Positions 29,778 through 39,800 of a DNA stretch of 64,000 nucleotides are shown here, piece by piece. The stretch's first letter is position 1, and each line of letters starts with the position of its first letter. This DNA is from an uncultured Planctomycetota bacterium. GTDB lineage: Bacteria > Planctomycetota > Planctomycetia > Isosphaerales > Isosphaeraceae. The stretch spans positions 2,400,001 through 2,464,000 of the forward strand of contig CAVTTN010000002.1 in the NCBI GenBank assembly GCA_963737655.1. Direction: 5' to 3'. Made by a program: the position numbers and the translations under genes. Under the pieces are notes generated by a model. It saw only the letters and a program-made list of their open reading frames with translations. It had not been told where the DNA came from and made no database searches.

Positions 29778-31313
29778 TCCGGAGAGAATACCACCGCATG
29801 TGCTCCATCAGGTCCACGATCCAGGGGTGGCTCCAGGGGTGTCTCAGCGCGTAGCCGACGGAGAAGGCCGAGACCGCCAGGGCGATCAGGCTCAGCCCGC
29901 GATACCACGGCCGGGTTCCCCCGGCTCCAGCCCCGCCGGCAGGACGACCAGCCAGAACGGGATCAGCCAGAACAGCCACCGGAGGCCCTGGGTCGATCCC
30001 CCGTAGTTCCTCGCCTTCGGGTTCCAGTCGTAGAACGCGAGCATGGCGATGGTCAGGAGCAGCGTGAGACCGCCCGCGCGGACCATCCCCGGCGACCGGC
30101 TGAACAGGGCTCGCAAGGCCCCGATCATCGAAAAGGCGAAGATCGGCGAGAGCGAGAACACGCCGTGGTGCCCCACCGTCATGTGGACGAGATAGAGCCA
30201 CTTCGGCTCGGGTTCCTTGTTGAAGTAGTCGAATTCCAGGGGGGTGGCCCAGTAGCTGCCGGCGTATTCATAGGTCTTCGTGCCGAATTCCTCATACACC
30301 GGCTTGAACTGGCCCATCGCGGCGAACTGGGTGAGCAAAAACGCCAGGCACGGCACGATCGCCACCGGGACGAACCAGGCGAGCGTCCGTTTCGGCGACC
30401 GGAACAGCAGCAGCAGGAACAGCAAGATCCCGAACACGGCGGCCGGGAGCTCGTTGCAGGCGCAGAAGGCGCCGAAGAACCCCGAGGCCAGGTAATTCCC
30501 CCGCCCCGCGCCTTCGGGGTCGTCCCAGATCTTCATCGCCGGATAGAGCGCGAAGAAGGCCGAATAGGCCGCGACGGTGTGGTTGTTCAACGTCTGGTCG
30601 AACGAGAGCAAATACGTGCCGAACGCCGCGGCGAACAGGCTGCCCATCCAGGCCCAGTCATTGGCCGCCACGCGGTCGAGCAATCGGGCGAAGAGGATCA
30701 GGAACGCGAGCATCGGCACGATGTTGAACAGGACGACCACCGGCTTGAGGTAGTACACATACGCCGGCCACTTGATCGGCTCCTTGGGCGTCTCGAGGAC
30801 GTTGATGGTCTGGCCGGGGTGTTCGGGGTCGGGCTTCGAGACGTTCCTCTCGTGGCGGGGTTCGAGCCTTTCGAAGTCCAGGGGGATGGCCGTGGCCTTG
30901 CGGACCGGGTAGAGCATCCCGGCGATGATCGTGGGCAGGAGGGGCGGCTTGCTCGAATAGAAGTGCTCGGTCGGCTCCCCTTCCTTCCATTTCCTCGGGG
31001 CGATGGCGTATTCGAACCGGGCGAGAGAGCCGGTCGTGGCCGACGGGGCCTCCAGCTTGTCGGGCTTCCTGACCTTGTCCTGGGTCTTGGCCTGCCACGG
31101 GCAATCGTCGATGGCGTAGGTGCCCCGCTCCAGGAGCGACCAGACGGTGCACCATCGCGAGATGTCATTGGCTTCGAGCTGGGTGGGGGACTTCAGCGCG
31201 ATGCCCAGCGCCTGGGCCGTGGCCGTCCCGATCACCAGGAGCGCGACGACCTGGCGGCTGGAGGAGCGTCCGGCTCGTCCCGAGAGGTCGTGGGAGTCGT
31301 CCAGGGTCTTCAT
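29773..31313 (-). CDS. Polytopic membrane protein, putative GT-C-fold glycosyltransferase; frameshift near 29920
   Basis: TM1 followed by ANDISRW and YSSKPPLLP, then many TMs and GGSTQGLRW. The last TM and C-terminus (PWYRGLSLIALAVS...WSHPWI...RR*) lie in the frame of ORF 29773..30201. Confidence 0.7.
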
Positions 31314-32284
31314 CGGTGGAGGGCCCCTCGCGAGATGGCGTCCGAGGCGATCGAGTCATCCCTGGCGTCGATCGTCTCGGCCACGGTGAACGTTTTGTCC
31401 GGAGTCATGGTGGAATGCGTGACGAGCTCGGCCAGCAGCCCCACCAGGAGGCTCTGGGCCCCGAGGACCATCGCGGCCGACGAGCCGACGACCAGGGGCA
31501 AGGCCCCTCGCCCGCCCCAGATCCACGTGATCAGCAGGGCGATCAGGCCGAGGAGGCCGACGGCCATCAGCCCCAGCCCGAACGAGCCGAGGACGTGCAT
31601 CGGGCTCTGACGAAACCTCGTCAGGAACCGGACCGTCATGAGGTCCAGGAACCCCTTGATGAGTCGGCCAATGCCGTACTTCGAGTGCCCGAACCGCCGA
31701 GGCCGATGGTTCACGACGATCTCGCCGACGCGGAACCCCCGGGCCCCGGCCAGGACCGGCACGAACCGATGGAGCTCCCCGTAGATCGTCACCTCGTCCA
31801 GGACCTCGCGGCGGTACGCCTTGAAGCCGCAGTTGTGGTCGTGGAGTCTCGTCCCGGTCGAGGCGCTCACGGCCCAGTTGAACAGGCGGCTGGGCAAGAC
31901 CTTGTGCCAGGGGTCGTGCCGGGTCTTCTTCCAGCCGGAAACGACGTCGAGGCCGCCGTTCAGGGCGTCGAGGAACCGGGGGATCTCGGCCGGGTCGTCC
32001 TGGAGGTCGGCGTCGAGCGTGAGGACGACCTCGCCCCGGCTCGTCCCGAACCCGGCCGAGAGCGCCGCCGCCTTGCCGAAGTTGCGGCGGAGGCGGATCG
32101 CCCGGACCCGGGGATCGTTCTCGGCCAGGGAGCGGAGGACGTCCCAGGAGCCGTCCCGGCTGCCGTCGTCCACGAAGACGAACTCGGCGGGTATGCCGAG
32201 CGCCGCGACGGCCCGGCCGAGCTGGCCGAGGAGTTCGGGAAGGCTCTCGGCCTCGTTGAACAGGGGGATCACGACCGAGATCAT
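31310..32284 (-). CDS. GT2-family polyprenyl-phosphate glycosyltransferase (ArnC/GtrB-like)
   Basis: ISVVIPLFNE, VDDGSRDGS, RNFGKAAAL, LDADLQDDP and HDHNCGFKAYR, with two C-terminal TMs. Confidence 0.93.
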   Translation of the reverse strand: MISVVIPLFNEAESLPELLGQLGRAVAALGIPAEFVFVDDGSRDGSWDVLRSLAENDPRVRAIRLRRNFGKAAALSAGFGTSRGEVVLTLDADLQDDPAEIPRFLDALNGGLDVVSGWKKTRHDPWHKVLPSRLFNWAVSASTGTRLHDHNCGFKAYRREVLDEVTIYGELHRFVPVLAGARGFRVGEIVVNHRPRRFGHSKYGIGRLIKGFLDLMTVRFLTRFRQSPMHVLGSFGLGLMAVGLLGLIALLITWIWGGRGALPLVVGSSAAMVLGAQSLLVGLLAELVTHSTMTPDKTFTVAETIDARDDSIASDAISRGALHR

Positions 32285-33273
32285 GGCGCCGACACCTCGA
32301 CCGGGGCCTTCGTGGGGCTGAAGCTCAGGAAGGCCGCCGCCGCGACGACCTCCCCCACGACCCACGCCAGGCGGAGCCCCAGGGAGGCGACCACGGCGAG
32401 GTCCTGATCGAGGACCGCGCCCAGGGCCGTCCAGAGGACCCACTCGCGGACGCCCAGCCCTCCCGGGGCGACCGCCACCACGAACCCGGCGACCGTCGCC
32501 AGGGCCACGCTCCCCACCGCCGCCGGCCATGCCCATCCTGGGAGACCTCCGGGGACCATCGATCGAATCACCGCCACCTGGCTGAACCCGAGGCAGAGCC
32601 ACCCCAGGACGTCCAGGAGCAAAACCTTGCCCAGCAACCCGTTGGACAGTTTCGGCAGGCTCTCCGCCGAGACCCCGGGGAACCGCTTTCCCAGCCTCGC
32701 CGAGACCCAGGAGAACCCCCGAGGGCTCACCAGCACCAGGAACCCCACGCCGGCCGCCAGGCCCATCCAGCCCAGGGCGACCTCGAACGAGCCGAACCGG
32801 CCCAGGGACAGCCGGATCGGGCCCGAGCGGACCGCCGCGAAGCCGATCGCCGCCACGAACCCGCCGGCCGCCATCATCGCCAGGGTTTCATACACCGAGG
32901 CGAATGCCGTGGTCGCCGCCCGGGCCCCGCCCGGGGCCATCAGGCCGACCCTCATCACCACGACCAGCGCCTTGCCCGGGACGTACTTGCCGAGATGGCT
33001 GACGAAGTAGGCGCGGAGGCCGTCGGCCCGCCGGACCGGCCCCGGACCGCTCCTCATCACCGCGACGAACGCCAGGCCGTACCAGACCAGGCCCACCAGG
33101 TACAGGGCCACGGCCAGGATCGCCCAGGACGGATCGACCCGAGGCAGGCCGCCTCGCGAGCCCAGGTCGTTCCAGGTCCGGCGGACGTGGAGGCCGACGG
33201 CGACCAGCACCGCGAGGCCGACGGCCGCCTTGACCAGCCGTTTGACGAGGTTTTTCCCGCGGAGATCGGCCAC
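32281..33273 (-). CDS. Lysylphosphatidylglycerol-synthase TM-domain / flippase-like membrane protein
   Basis: GTG start with AAGGA upstream. SHLGKYVPGK and PGGLGVRE motifs, multiple TMs. Confidence 0.85.
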   Translation of the reverse strand: MADLRGKNLVKRLVKAAVGLAVLVAVGLHVRRTWNDLGSRGGLPRVDPSWAILAVALYLVGLVWYGLAFVAVMRSGPGPVRRADGLRAYFVSHLGKYVPGKALVVVMRVGLMAPGGARAATTAFASVYETLAMMAAGGFVAAIGFAAVRSGPIRLSLGRFGSFEVALGWMGLAAGVGFLVLVSPRGFSWVSARLGKRFPGVSAESLPKLSNGLLGKVLLLDVLGWLCLGFSQVAVIRSMVPGGLPGWAWPAAVGSVALATVAGFVVAVAPGGLGVREWVLWTALGAVLDQDLAVVASLGLRLAWVVGEVVAAAAFLSFSPTKAPVEVSAP

Positions 33274-33576
33274 TCGTCCTTCGCTCGCCTTCTCGATCTC
33301 GCCCAGCTCGCCCCAGCCTTCGATCCGTCTCAGGCTAGCCGTGGCTTCCCCGGTCCGCAAGGGGCGGGGGAGGCCGACGGGTGGGTCGGGGCGACCCGGC
33401 CGTCTTCTAGAGCGTTGAAACTTGCGGTTTTCTTCCGTCCGCCCGGGAAAAAACTCGAAGTTTTCGCGCGTTCTTCGGTAGTCGTTTCCGAGGCACGGGT
33501 TGTGACGAGAGGGGCGAGCGAATTTCGGGGCGATCGGCGCTCCTTCGACTTCCCGGAAAACGGGAAGGAGCGTGGG

Positions 33577-33643
33577 GACTCGCCATCTGGCCACCGAAGG
33601 GCGGAGGGCAGACACAAATGGGTTCCTGCCCTGGTGGCGAGTC
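33577..33643 (+). ncRNA. Candidate structured leader RNA (multi-stem junction) upstream of a DUF1559 gene
   Basis: Closing stem GACTCGCCATC/GGTGGCGAGTC encloses CCGAAGG and a stem AGGGCAG/CTGCCCT. About 100 nt upstream of the start codon. Confidence 0.4.
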
Positions 33644-33742
33644 GCCGACGGCAGGGCAGCCCGGGGATTCCCTCGCGCGGCCCCTCTCGGCGACAATCGA
33701 GAGGCCCCCCCGACCGCCCTCCGCCGCCCGGAGCCTCCCGCC

Positions 33743-34762
33743 ATGATCGCCCGCCCCGCCCGGCCGCCCCTCCGAGCCGGCTTCACCCTGATTGAACTCC
33801 TGGTGGTCATCGCCATCATCGGCGTGTTGATCGGCCTGTTGCTGCCGGCCGTCCAGGCGGCCCGAGAGGCCGCCCGCCGGGGGCAATGCTCGAACAACTT
33901 GAAGCAGATCGGCCTGGCGATGCACAACTATCATGCATCGTGGGACGCATTCCCGGTAGGGTTCCTCGTCCCCTCGGGGCCGATCCCGGCGGAGACCTCG
34001 GCCCAGCAGTATCGGTGGTCGGCCCTGGCGCAGCTCTCGCCGTTCCTGGAGCAGTCGAACCTCTTCGCCGCCCTGAACTTCGGCCTCCCCCTGGCGCACA
34101 AGCCCAGCGGCCCGGCCTCGGCGTTCTGGCCGTTCTATCCGCAGAACGCCACCGCGATGGCCACGACCGTTTCGACGTTCCTCTGCCCGAGCGACGGGGC
34201 CCGCCCCCCGGCCGATGACTCGGGGCCGACCAATTACGCCGTGAGCACCGGCAGCGGCTCCAACGGCGGAGACGCCACCAACGCCGACGGCCTGTTCGCC
34301 CTGGGCGAGGTCCACTCGATCCGGGACGTCCTGGACGGCACCTCGACCACGGCCGCCGCCTCGGAGTCCGTCCTGGGGATCGCCGGTCCCTATACCCAGA
34401 CCACCCCGTTGCCCGTCCCGATGCCCTGGCAACGCGCGTTTGCCCGGGTCGCCGCCGGGCCGTTGACCGATTCGGGGTGCGCGTCGGCCCCGAGCGGCTG
34501 GCTCCTGAATAAAGGCTCGTCCTGGTGGGACGGCAACTATCTGAACACGCTCTACAATCACTACAGGACGCCGAACTCGGGCGTCCCCGACTGCGTGACC
34601 TACCACAACCCGGGCTGGAGGGCCGCGCGAAGCTACCATCGCGGAGGCGTGAACGTCCTGTTCGCCGACGGCCACGTCACGTTCGCCCGCGACGCGATCG
34701 ACCCGGCCTCGTGGAAGGCCCTGAGCACTCGGGCCGGAGGAGAGGTCCCGTCGGGATTGTGA
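33743..34762 (+). CDS. DUF1559-domain prepilin-type protein
   Basis: [51 protein letters not shown] and [12 protein letters not shown] (H-X9-DG). Confidence 0.96.
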   Translation: MIARPARPPLRAGFTLIELLVVIAIIGVLIGLLLPAVQAAREAARRGQCSNNLKQIGLAMHNYHASWDAFPVGFLVPSGPIPAETSAQQYRWSALAQLSPFLEQSNLFAALNFGLPLAHKPSGPASAFWPFYPQNATAMATTVSTFLCPSDGARPPADDSGPTNYAVSTGSGSNGGDATNADGLFALGEVHSIRDVLDGTSTTAAASESVLGIAGPYTQTTPLPVPMPWQRAFARVAAGPLTDSGCASAPSGWLLNKGSSWWDGNYLNTLYNHYRTPNSGVPDCVTYHNPGWRAARSYHRGGVNVLFADGHVTFARDAIDPASWKALSTRAGGEVPSGL

Positions 34763-35203
34763 CGGTTTGGCCGGATATCCCGGATTCGCCGAGTCTTCCG
34801 ATCGGGCCGAGTTTGCGGACGTTCGGAAAGATCGACATGAATCTTGAGGAAATCTTTTGGATTCCAGGCGCGTCGTGATAAATTAGCACGACCTCGCCGC
34901 CCCCCCCGGCGAGCTGGCGGCGCCGCCCTTCTCCCGGTCCGTCGTCGAACGACGCAACGGGTTTTGCACCAAAGAGTTCGGATATCAAGAGAGACCCAGA
35001 CTTCGGACGGCCCAGCGGGCCTGTCCCCGCCGGAAATCGCCCCCAGGAGGCGGTCCCCGGAGCTTCCGCGCGCCGGATTCGGCACCCTCCGAGGGCCGTC
35101 GAGGCCCGACGCCGCGACCAGACGTGAGCTAACCCTTCTTTCATCAGGACAGGACGGATCGTTCCCGATCGCCCAGGGAGGTGGCGGCCCGAGAGACCTC
35201 CCC

Positions 35204-38200
35204 ATGAGCCGCCCCCGTCGTCGCCGAGCCGTTCGTCCCTCGGTCCTTCCGCTCGATCCTCGCGTGATGCCCTCCGGGGCGACGCCCTCGGGCACGTGGA
35301 TCGGCCAGGACGGCCACGATTACGTCGGAACGTCGTCCACCATCGCCCCCGACGGCGTCCAGGACATCCACATCGGCCTCACCGGCCTGCCGGCCGATCG
35401 GTCGATCGCCTGGATCGACATGCAGGGCCTTGGCGGAGGCGAGTCCGAATACAACGGGCCTTACGGAGTCGCCGCCATCGCCGTCCAACGGGCTTCGGGA
35501 TCGACGACGGCCGACCTGTTCGTCGATCCGTACCAGGTCGAGACCGGGCGGCCGTTCCAGTTCACGATCCGGTACGACGACGGCTCGACCTCGGGGTTCT
35601 GGGTCCAGGGCGGGGCGGCCGACCCGAACCTGAGGATGCCCTCGGCCAAGGCCCAGCTCGGGTGGATCGGCCAGGACGGCCACGACTCGGTCGGCCCGAA
35701 CGCCTCGGCCGGGCCCGACGGCGTCCAGGACGTCCACCTGACCCTCGCGAACCTCTCGGCCGACGTGGCGATTTCCGCCCTGACGATCACCTCCTCGGGG
35801 GGGGCCACCTGGCAGTTCGGGGCGAATCCCCTCGGAGCGGCGAGGATCGACGTCCAGCGATCGTCGTCCGATCCCTCGAAGGCCGACCTTTACGTGGCCG
35901 CCCAGGGCGACCCGTCCGGCCAGACGTTCACCGCCTCGATCCAGTACGCCAACGGCAAGAGCGACTCGGCCTCGGTCGTCGCCGGGCCCGCGAACCCCGG
36001 GCTCGCCGAGACCCCGACGGCCCCGGCGGCGCCCGTGTTCTCCTCGGCGATCTCGGCGACCTGGATCGGCCAGGACGGGCAAAACCTCGTCGGCCCCGGG
36101 GCGGCACGGATCGCCCTCTCGGGGATCCCGAGCGGACGGACCATCGTGGCCGCCGCCCTGAGCGATCCGGCCAACGGCGAGTGGTCGTTCAAGTCCAATG
36201 CGGGCGTCCCATTCTACACCGATCCCTGGACCGATGTGTTGGCCGTCCGGGCCAATGGCCCCGGCCAGGCCGACGTCTCGTTCCCTCCCGCTCGCAACGA
36301 GATCGGTGCGACGCTGACCCTCCGCGTCCTCCTGGATGACGGCTCCCAGGCCGTCACCACGGTCCTCGCCGGGGCGACCGACCCGGGCCTCCGGGGGCCG
36401 ATGCCGTCGAGCTCCTCGGTCGTCGCGAAGCCGGGCGATGACCTCAACGCACTGGCCAGCCGGTACGGGACGGTCCGGCTCTCGGCCGGGACGTATCCGA
36501 TGAACGCCCCGTTGACGTTGACGCAACCCGTCTCGATCCTCGCCGATCCGGGCGTCGCGCTGATGTTCACCCAGGCGGCGAACGCCCCGTCGTGGTCGGC
36601 GGCGATCAAGGTCCGCGCCTCCCACGTGACGCTCGACGGCTTCGCCGTGAGGTTCTCCGGGCCGGTGAACTGGGACCAGTCCGTGAGTTACGGCCCGGCG
36701 GTGATCGGGACGACCGACAGTACCGATACCGGCCCCTCCGGGCTGGTCGTGGGCCTGACGATCACCCACCTCGACCTCCAATCGCCGCCGGTTCCGGCCG
36801 GGGCGAACGTCGAGGCGCCGGGGATGATCCGGCTGGCCTCGGGCCTGGGCGGGACGATCGCGAACAACAAGCTCAACGGAGGGACGACGACGTTCCTCGG
36901 CGGCCCGTGGTCGATCGTGGGGAATACCTACGTCGGGACGGTCCCGAACACCTTCACCTGGGCCGCGTTCGCCGGCCATTCGACTCATGACGTGACCCTC
37001 TCGGGCAACATCGCCCAGCCCCAGGGCGGATCGGGCAAGACCTGGCGGTTCCTGGTCCTCACCGGGACCGGCTCGGGCGATTCGATCGCCAATAACACGG
37101 TGATCGGGATCGGGCCGAGAGACACCGATACCGTCGATGTGAACGCGGCCGAGGTCATCCTGACCGAGTCGTACAGCCTGGACTTCGAGGGGGTCTCCGA
37201 ATCGATCTCGGCCGACGGCCGGATCTTGCGGATCCCCTCGCCCCAGGGGGGCGCGGCCCGCACCGGAGATGAGGTGGCGATCCTCTCCGGGCCGTTCGCC
37301 GGGCAGTTTCGCCGGATCAGCCAGGCGCTCGGCCCCCAGGTGTATCTGATGGACCAGCCGTTGCCGGCCGGTTCGTATGCGATCTCGATCGCCTCGGGGT
37401 TCGTCGGCGAGAAGTTCGTGAACAACACGATCGACTGCCGGGGGTCGTCGGCCGCCGGAGACCTCGTCCTGACCGGCAACCATTACGGGACGGTCGTCGC
37501 GAACAACCTCCTGATGGGCGGCTCCCAGGGGTTCAAGATTTCTTCCTCGCCGACGGAGGACCCGGTGCAGTGGGGCTGGTCGCACGACCCGTTCCTCGGC
37601 GCCACGATCGACGGCAACACGATCACCGACGCCCTGAACGGCGCGACGATCGGCGTGGAGCACTCCCCGGCGATCTCCGGGGACGGCGGCCGGGTCTACT
37701 TCTCGGGGACGCTCACCGACAACACCGTGACCTGGTCCTCCGCGTTCGCTCAGGGCCACGGGGCGACGGCCCCGGGCCTGATCGTCGGCGACCCCGGCGG
37801 CAGCAGCCCCGGGGAGATCGCCCTGACGACCGGGGGGAACGACTCCGACGCCCCGGCTGGCTACAACCCCACGCTCCAGGTCATTTCCGGGACGCTCGAC
37901 GGCCAGGCGATGACGAACCGGACCTTCTCGCTCGCGGCCCTGGCCCCTCCGGCGCCGACGGGCCTGGCGCTCATGAATGACTCGGGAAATTCGGCGAGCG
38001 ACGGCCTGACCAACGACGGGCGAATCCGGTTCAACGCGGTCCCGGCGGCCTCGGGCTACGAGTTCCGCGTGAATGGATCGACCACGTATCTGGCCAGCGG
38101 GCCGCCCTCGGGGTTCCTGCCGACGGGGCTGGTCGAGGGCGTCAACACGATCGCGATCCGGGCGATCGACGCCGAGGGACGCCGAGGGGCCGACGCGATC

Positions 38201-39094
38201 CTGACGTTCACCCTGGACACCACGCCGCCTCCGGCGGTCGCGAACCTCGCCGGGACGGCCTCGGGCGTGACGTTCTCGGCGGCGGAGGCCGGGGCCTCGA
38301 ACTCGGAGCAGGTCGGGACCGCCGCCCTGGTGGCGATCGGTCCGGCCACGTCGTTCGTGCCCTCGGGCCTGACGACCGGGGCGAACCGCGTGGGAGTGAT
38401 CGCGACCGACGCCGCCGGGAACGTCGGCCCCGAGTCGTGGATCACCATCACCGTGGCCCCCGATCCCACCCCGTCGCCGACACCGACACCAACCCCGTCG
38501 CCGACGCCAACCCCCACCCCGTCGCCGACGGCGCCCTCGGACCCGTTGCCGACGGGCCAGTGGCTGGGTCAGGACGGCCACGACCTCGTCGGCCCCTCGC
38601 CGGTGGCCGGGCCCGACGGCATCCAGGACGTCCACATCGCCCTGGCCGGGCTCCGGGCCGATCATGCGATCACGTTCGTTGATATCGAGGGACTCGGCGG
38701 CGGCCAGTGGCAGTACGGAGGGGGCTGGGGCCCGTGGCGGGCGGCCCTGGTCCGGTCCTCGGGCTCGTCGTCGGCCGATCTGTACTTCCAGCCCGGCCAG
38801 GTCGAGACGGGCCGACCGTTCGTCGTGGCTCTCGTGTATGACGACGGCGTCTCGGTGAAGTTCTGGGTCGCCGGAGGCGCCGCCGACCCCTCGAAGACGA
38901 TGCCGCAGGTCGCCCCGGCCCCGACCGGGTCCCCGGCGGCGGCCGTGGCCTCGTCCCCGACCGCCAAGCAAAAGGCCAAGGCCAAGGTCAAGAAGGCCAA
39001 GGCCAAGAAGCCGCTCGTTCGGGCCAAGGCCAAGCACGCCATCACCGTCGTCGGCCATGCCTGGACGCGAAAACCCGGGAAATCCAAACCGTAG
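35204..39094 (+). CDS. Large secreted protein (1296 aa): WIGQDGHD repeats, right-handed beta-helix, Ig-like domains, PT linker and Lys-rich tail
   Basis: RPRRRRAVRPSVLPLDPRVMPS N-terminus; four W(I/L)GQDG repeats; Asn/Gly/Thr-rich central region with IANN/VVANN/IDGN strands; FTLDTTPP and ATDAAGNVG. Confidence 0.88.
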   Translation: MSRPRRRRAVRPSVLPLDPRVMPSGATPSGTWIGQDGHDYVGTSSTIAPDGVQDIHIGLTGLPADRSIAWIDMQGLGGGESEYNGPYGVAAIAVQRASGSTTADLFVDPYQVETGRPFQFTIRYDDGSTSGFWVQGGAADPNLRMPSAKAQLGWIGQDGHDSVGPNASAGPDGVQDVHLTLANLSADVAISALTITSSGGATWQFGANPLGAARIDVQRSSSDPSKADLYVAAQGDPSGQTFTASIQYANGKSDSASVVAGPANPGLAETPTAPAAPVFSSAISATWIGQDGQNLVGPGAARIALSGIPSGRTIVAAALSDPANGEWSFKSNAGVPFYTDPWTDVLAVRANGPGQADVSFPPARNEIGATLTLRVLLDDGSQAVTTVLAGATDPGLRGPMPSSSSVVAKPGDDLNALASRYGTVRLSAGTYPMNAPLTLTQPVSILADPGVALMFTQAANAPSWSAAIKVRASHVTLDGFAVRFSGPVNWDQSVSYGPAVIGTTDSTDTGPSGLVVGLTITHLDLQSPPVPAGANVEAPGMIRLASGLGGTIANNKLNGGTTTFLGGPWSIVGNTYVGTVPNTFTWAAFAGHSTHDVTLSGNIAQPQGGSGKTWRFLVLTGTGSGDSIANNTVIGIGPRDTDTVDVNAAEVILTESYSLDFEGVSESISADGRILRIPSPQGGAARTGDEVAILSGPFAGQFRRISQALGPQVYLMDQPLPAGSYAISIASGFVGEKFVNNTIDCRGSSAAGDLVLTGNHYGTVVANNLLMGGSQGFKISSSPTEDPVQWGWSHDPFLGATIDGNTITDALNGATIGVEHSPAISGDGGRVYFSGTLTDNTVTWSSAFAQGHGATAPGLIVGDPGGSSPGEIALTTGGNDSDAPAGYNPTLQVISGTLDGQAMTNRTFSLAALAPPAPTGLALMNDSGNSASDGLTNDGRIRFNAVPAASGYEFRVNGSTTYLASGPPSGFLPTGLVEGVNTIAIRAIDAEGRRGADAILTFTLDTTPPPAVANLAGTASGVTFSAAEAGASNSEQVGTAALVAIGPATSFVPSGLTTGANRVGVIATDAAGNVGPESWITITVAPDPTPSPTPTPTPSPTPTPTPSPTAPSDPLPTGQWLGQDGHDLVGPSPVAGPDGIQDVHIALAGLRADHAITFVDIEGLGGGQWQYGGGWGPWRAALVRSSGSSSADLYFQPGQVETGRPFVVALVYDDGVSVKFWVAGGAADPSKTMPQVAPAPTGSPAAAVASSPTAKQKAKAKVKKAKAKKPLVRAKAKHAITVVGHAWTRKPGKSKP

Positions 39095-39113
39095 GGTGCA
39101 TGAAATGCACCAA
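39091..39113. repeat. Single GTAG REP-like unit (GTAGGGTGCATGAAATGCACCAA)
   Basis: Identical to 53992-54014. Its TAG is the stop codon of the upstream gene. Confidence 0.85.
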
Positions 39114-39149
39114 CCCCGCGCGGGCGAAGCCCGCCATCCTTGGCCCCGT

Positions 39150-39800
39150 TCACCCGCTCGATAGCAGCAACATCATCTCCGCCCTCTGGATCGCCCGGGC
39201 CAGCGCCTCCTCGGCCGATCCGGGGCGTCGGGCGGCCTCCCCGCAGAAGCCGACGAAGGCGATCGGGTCCCAGGCCCCGCCCTTCACCAGGCGTTGGGCG
39301 AGGGACTCGTCTCCGAACCCGTCCAGGATCGGGCCGGCCGTCTCGGTCAACGCGGCGAGGACCGGGTGACGGCCGACTCGTCGGAACCAGTAGGCGGCGT
39401 TGCCCGGGTCGGGTTCGCGACGGTGGGCGATCGCGTGCCAGAAGGCCGAACTCGACGATTCCCCGAGGTCGTCGGCCTCCTGGGCCGCCTCGTGGCTGGG
39501 CTCCCAGGCGTCGAGCATCTGCAATAGCCCGGCCGAGATCGCCAGCCTCGACGATCGGCCAAGCCTCGGAAAGAGGGGCGCCAGGGCCGGTTCCGTGGCG
39601 AACGGGATCAGCCCCGGCCTGTTCGGCCTGGAACGCAGGAGGGGCGGACCGCCATCATCCATCGCCGCGAAGACGATCGCCGCGAGGGTGTCGAGCGGGT
39701 CCGCCGGGCCGGCCGGCTCGCCCCGTTCGAGGCGACCGGCCAGGTCGATCCACTCGGCCGTTCTCGAGGGGTCTTCGACCCGTTCGCGGAGGCCCGTCAT
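39150..39800 (-). CDS. Conserved hypothetical protein (WHAIAHRREPD.GNA.YWFRR motif)
   Basis: 216-aa ORF whose start overlaps the stop of the Hint-domain gene. Confidence 0.8.
   Translation of the reverse strand: MTGLRERVEDPSRTAEWIDLAGRLERGEPAGPADPLDTLAAIVFAAMDDGGPPLLRSRPNRPGLIPFATEPALAPLFPRLGRSSRLAISAGLLQMLDAWEPSHEAAQEADDLGESSSSAFWHAIAHRREPDPGNAAYWFRRVGRHPVLAALTETAGPILDGFGDESLAQRLVKGGAWDPIAFVGFCGEAARRPGSAEEALARAIQRAEMMLLLSSG

Noticed and set aside
38465..38530. Short tandem repeats here and at 14330-14430 and 25880-26040
   Set aside because: They encode ordinary Pro/Thr/Ser/Gly linkers.
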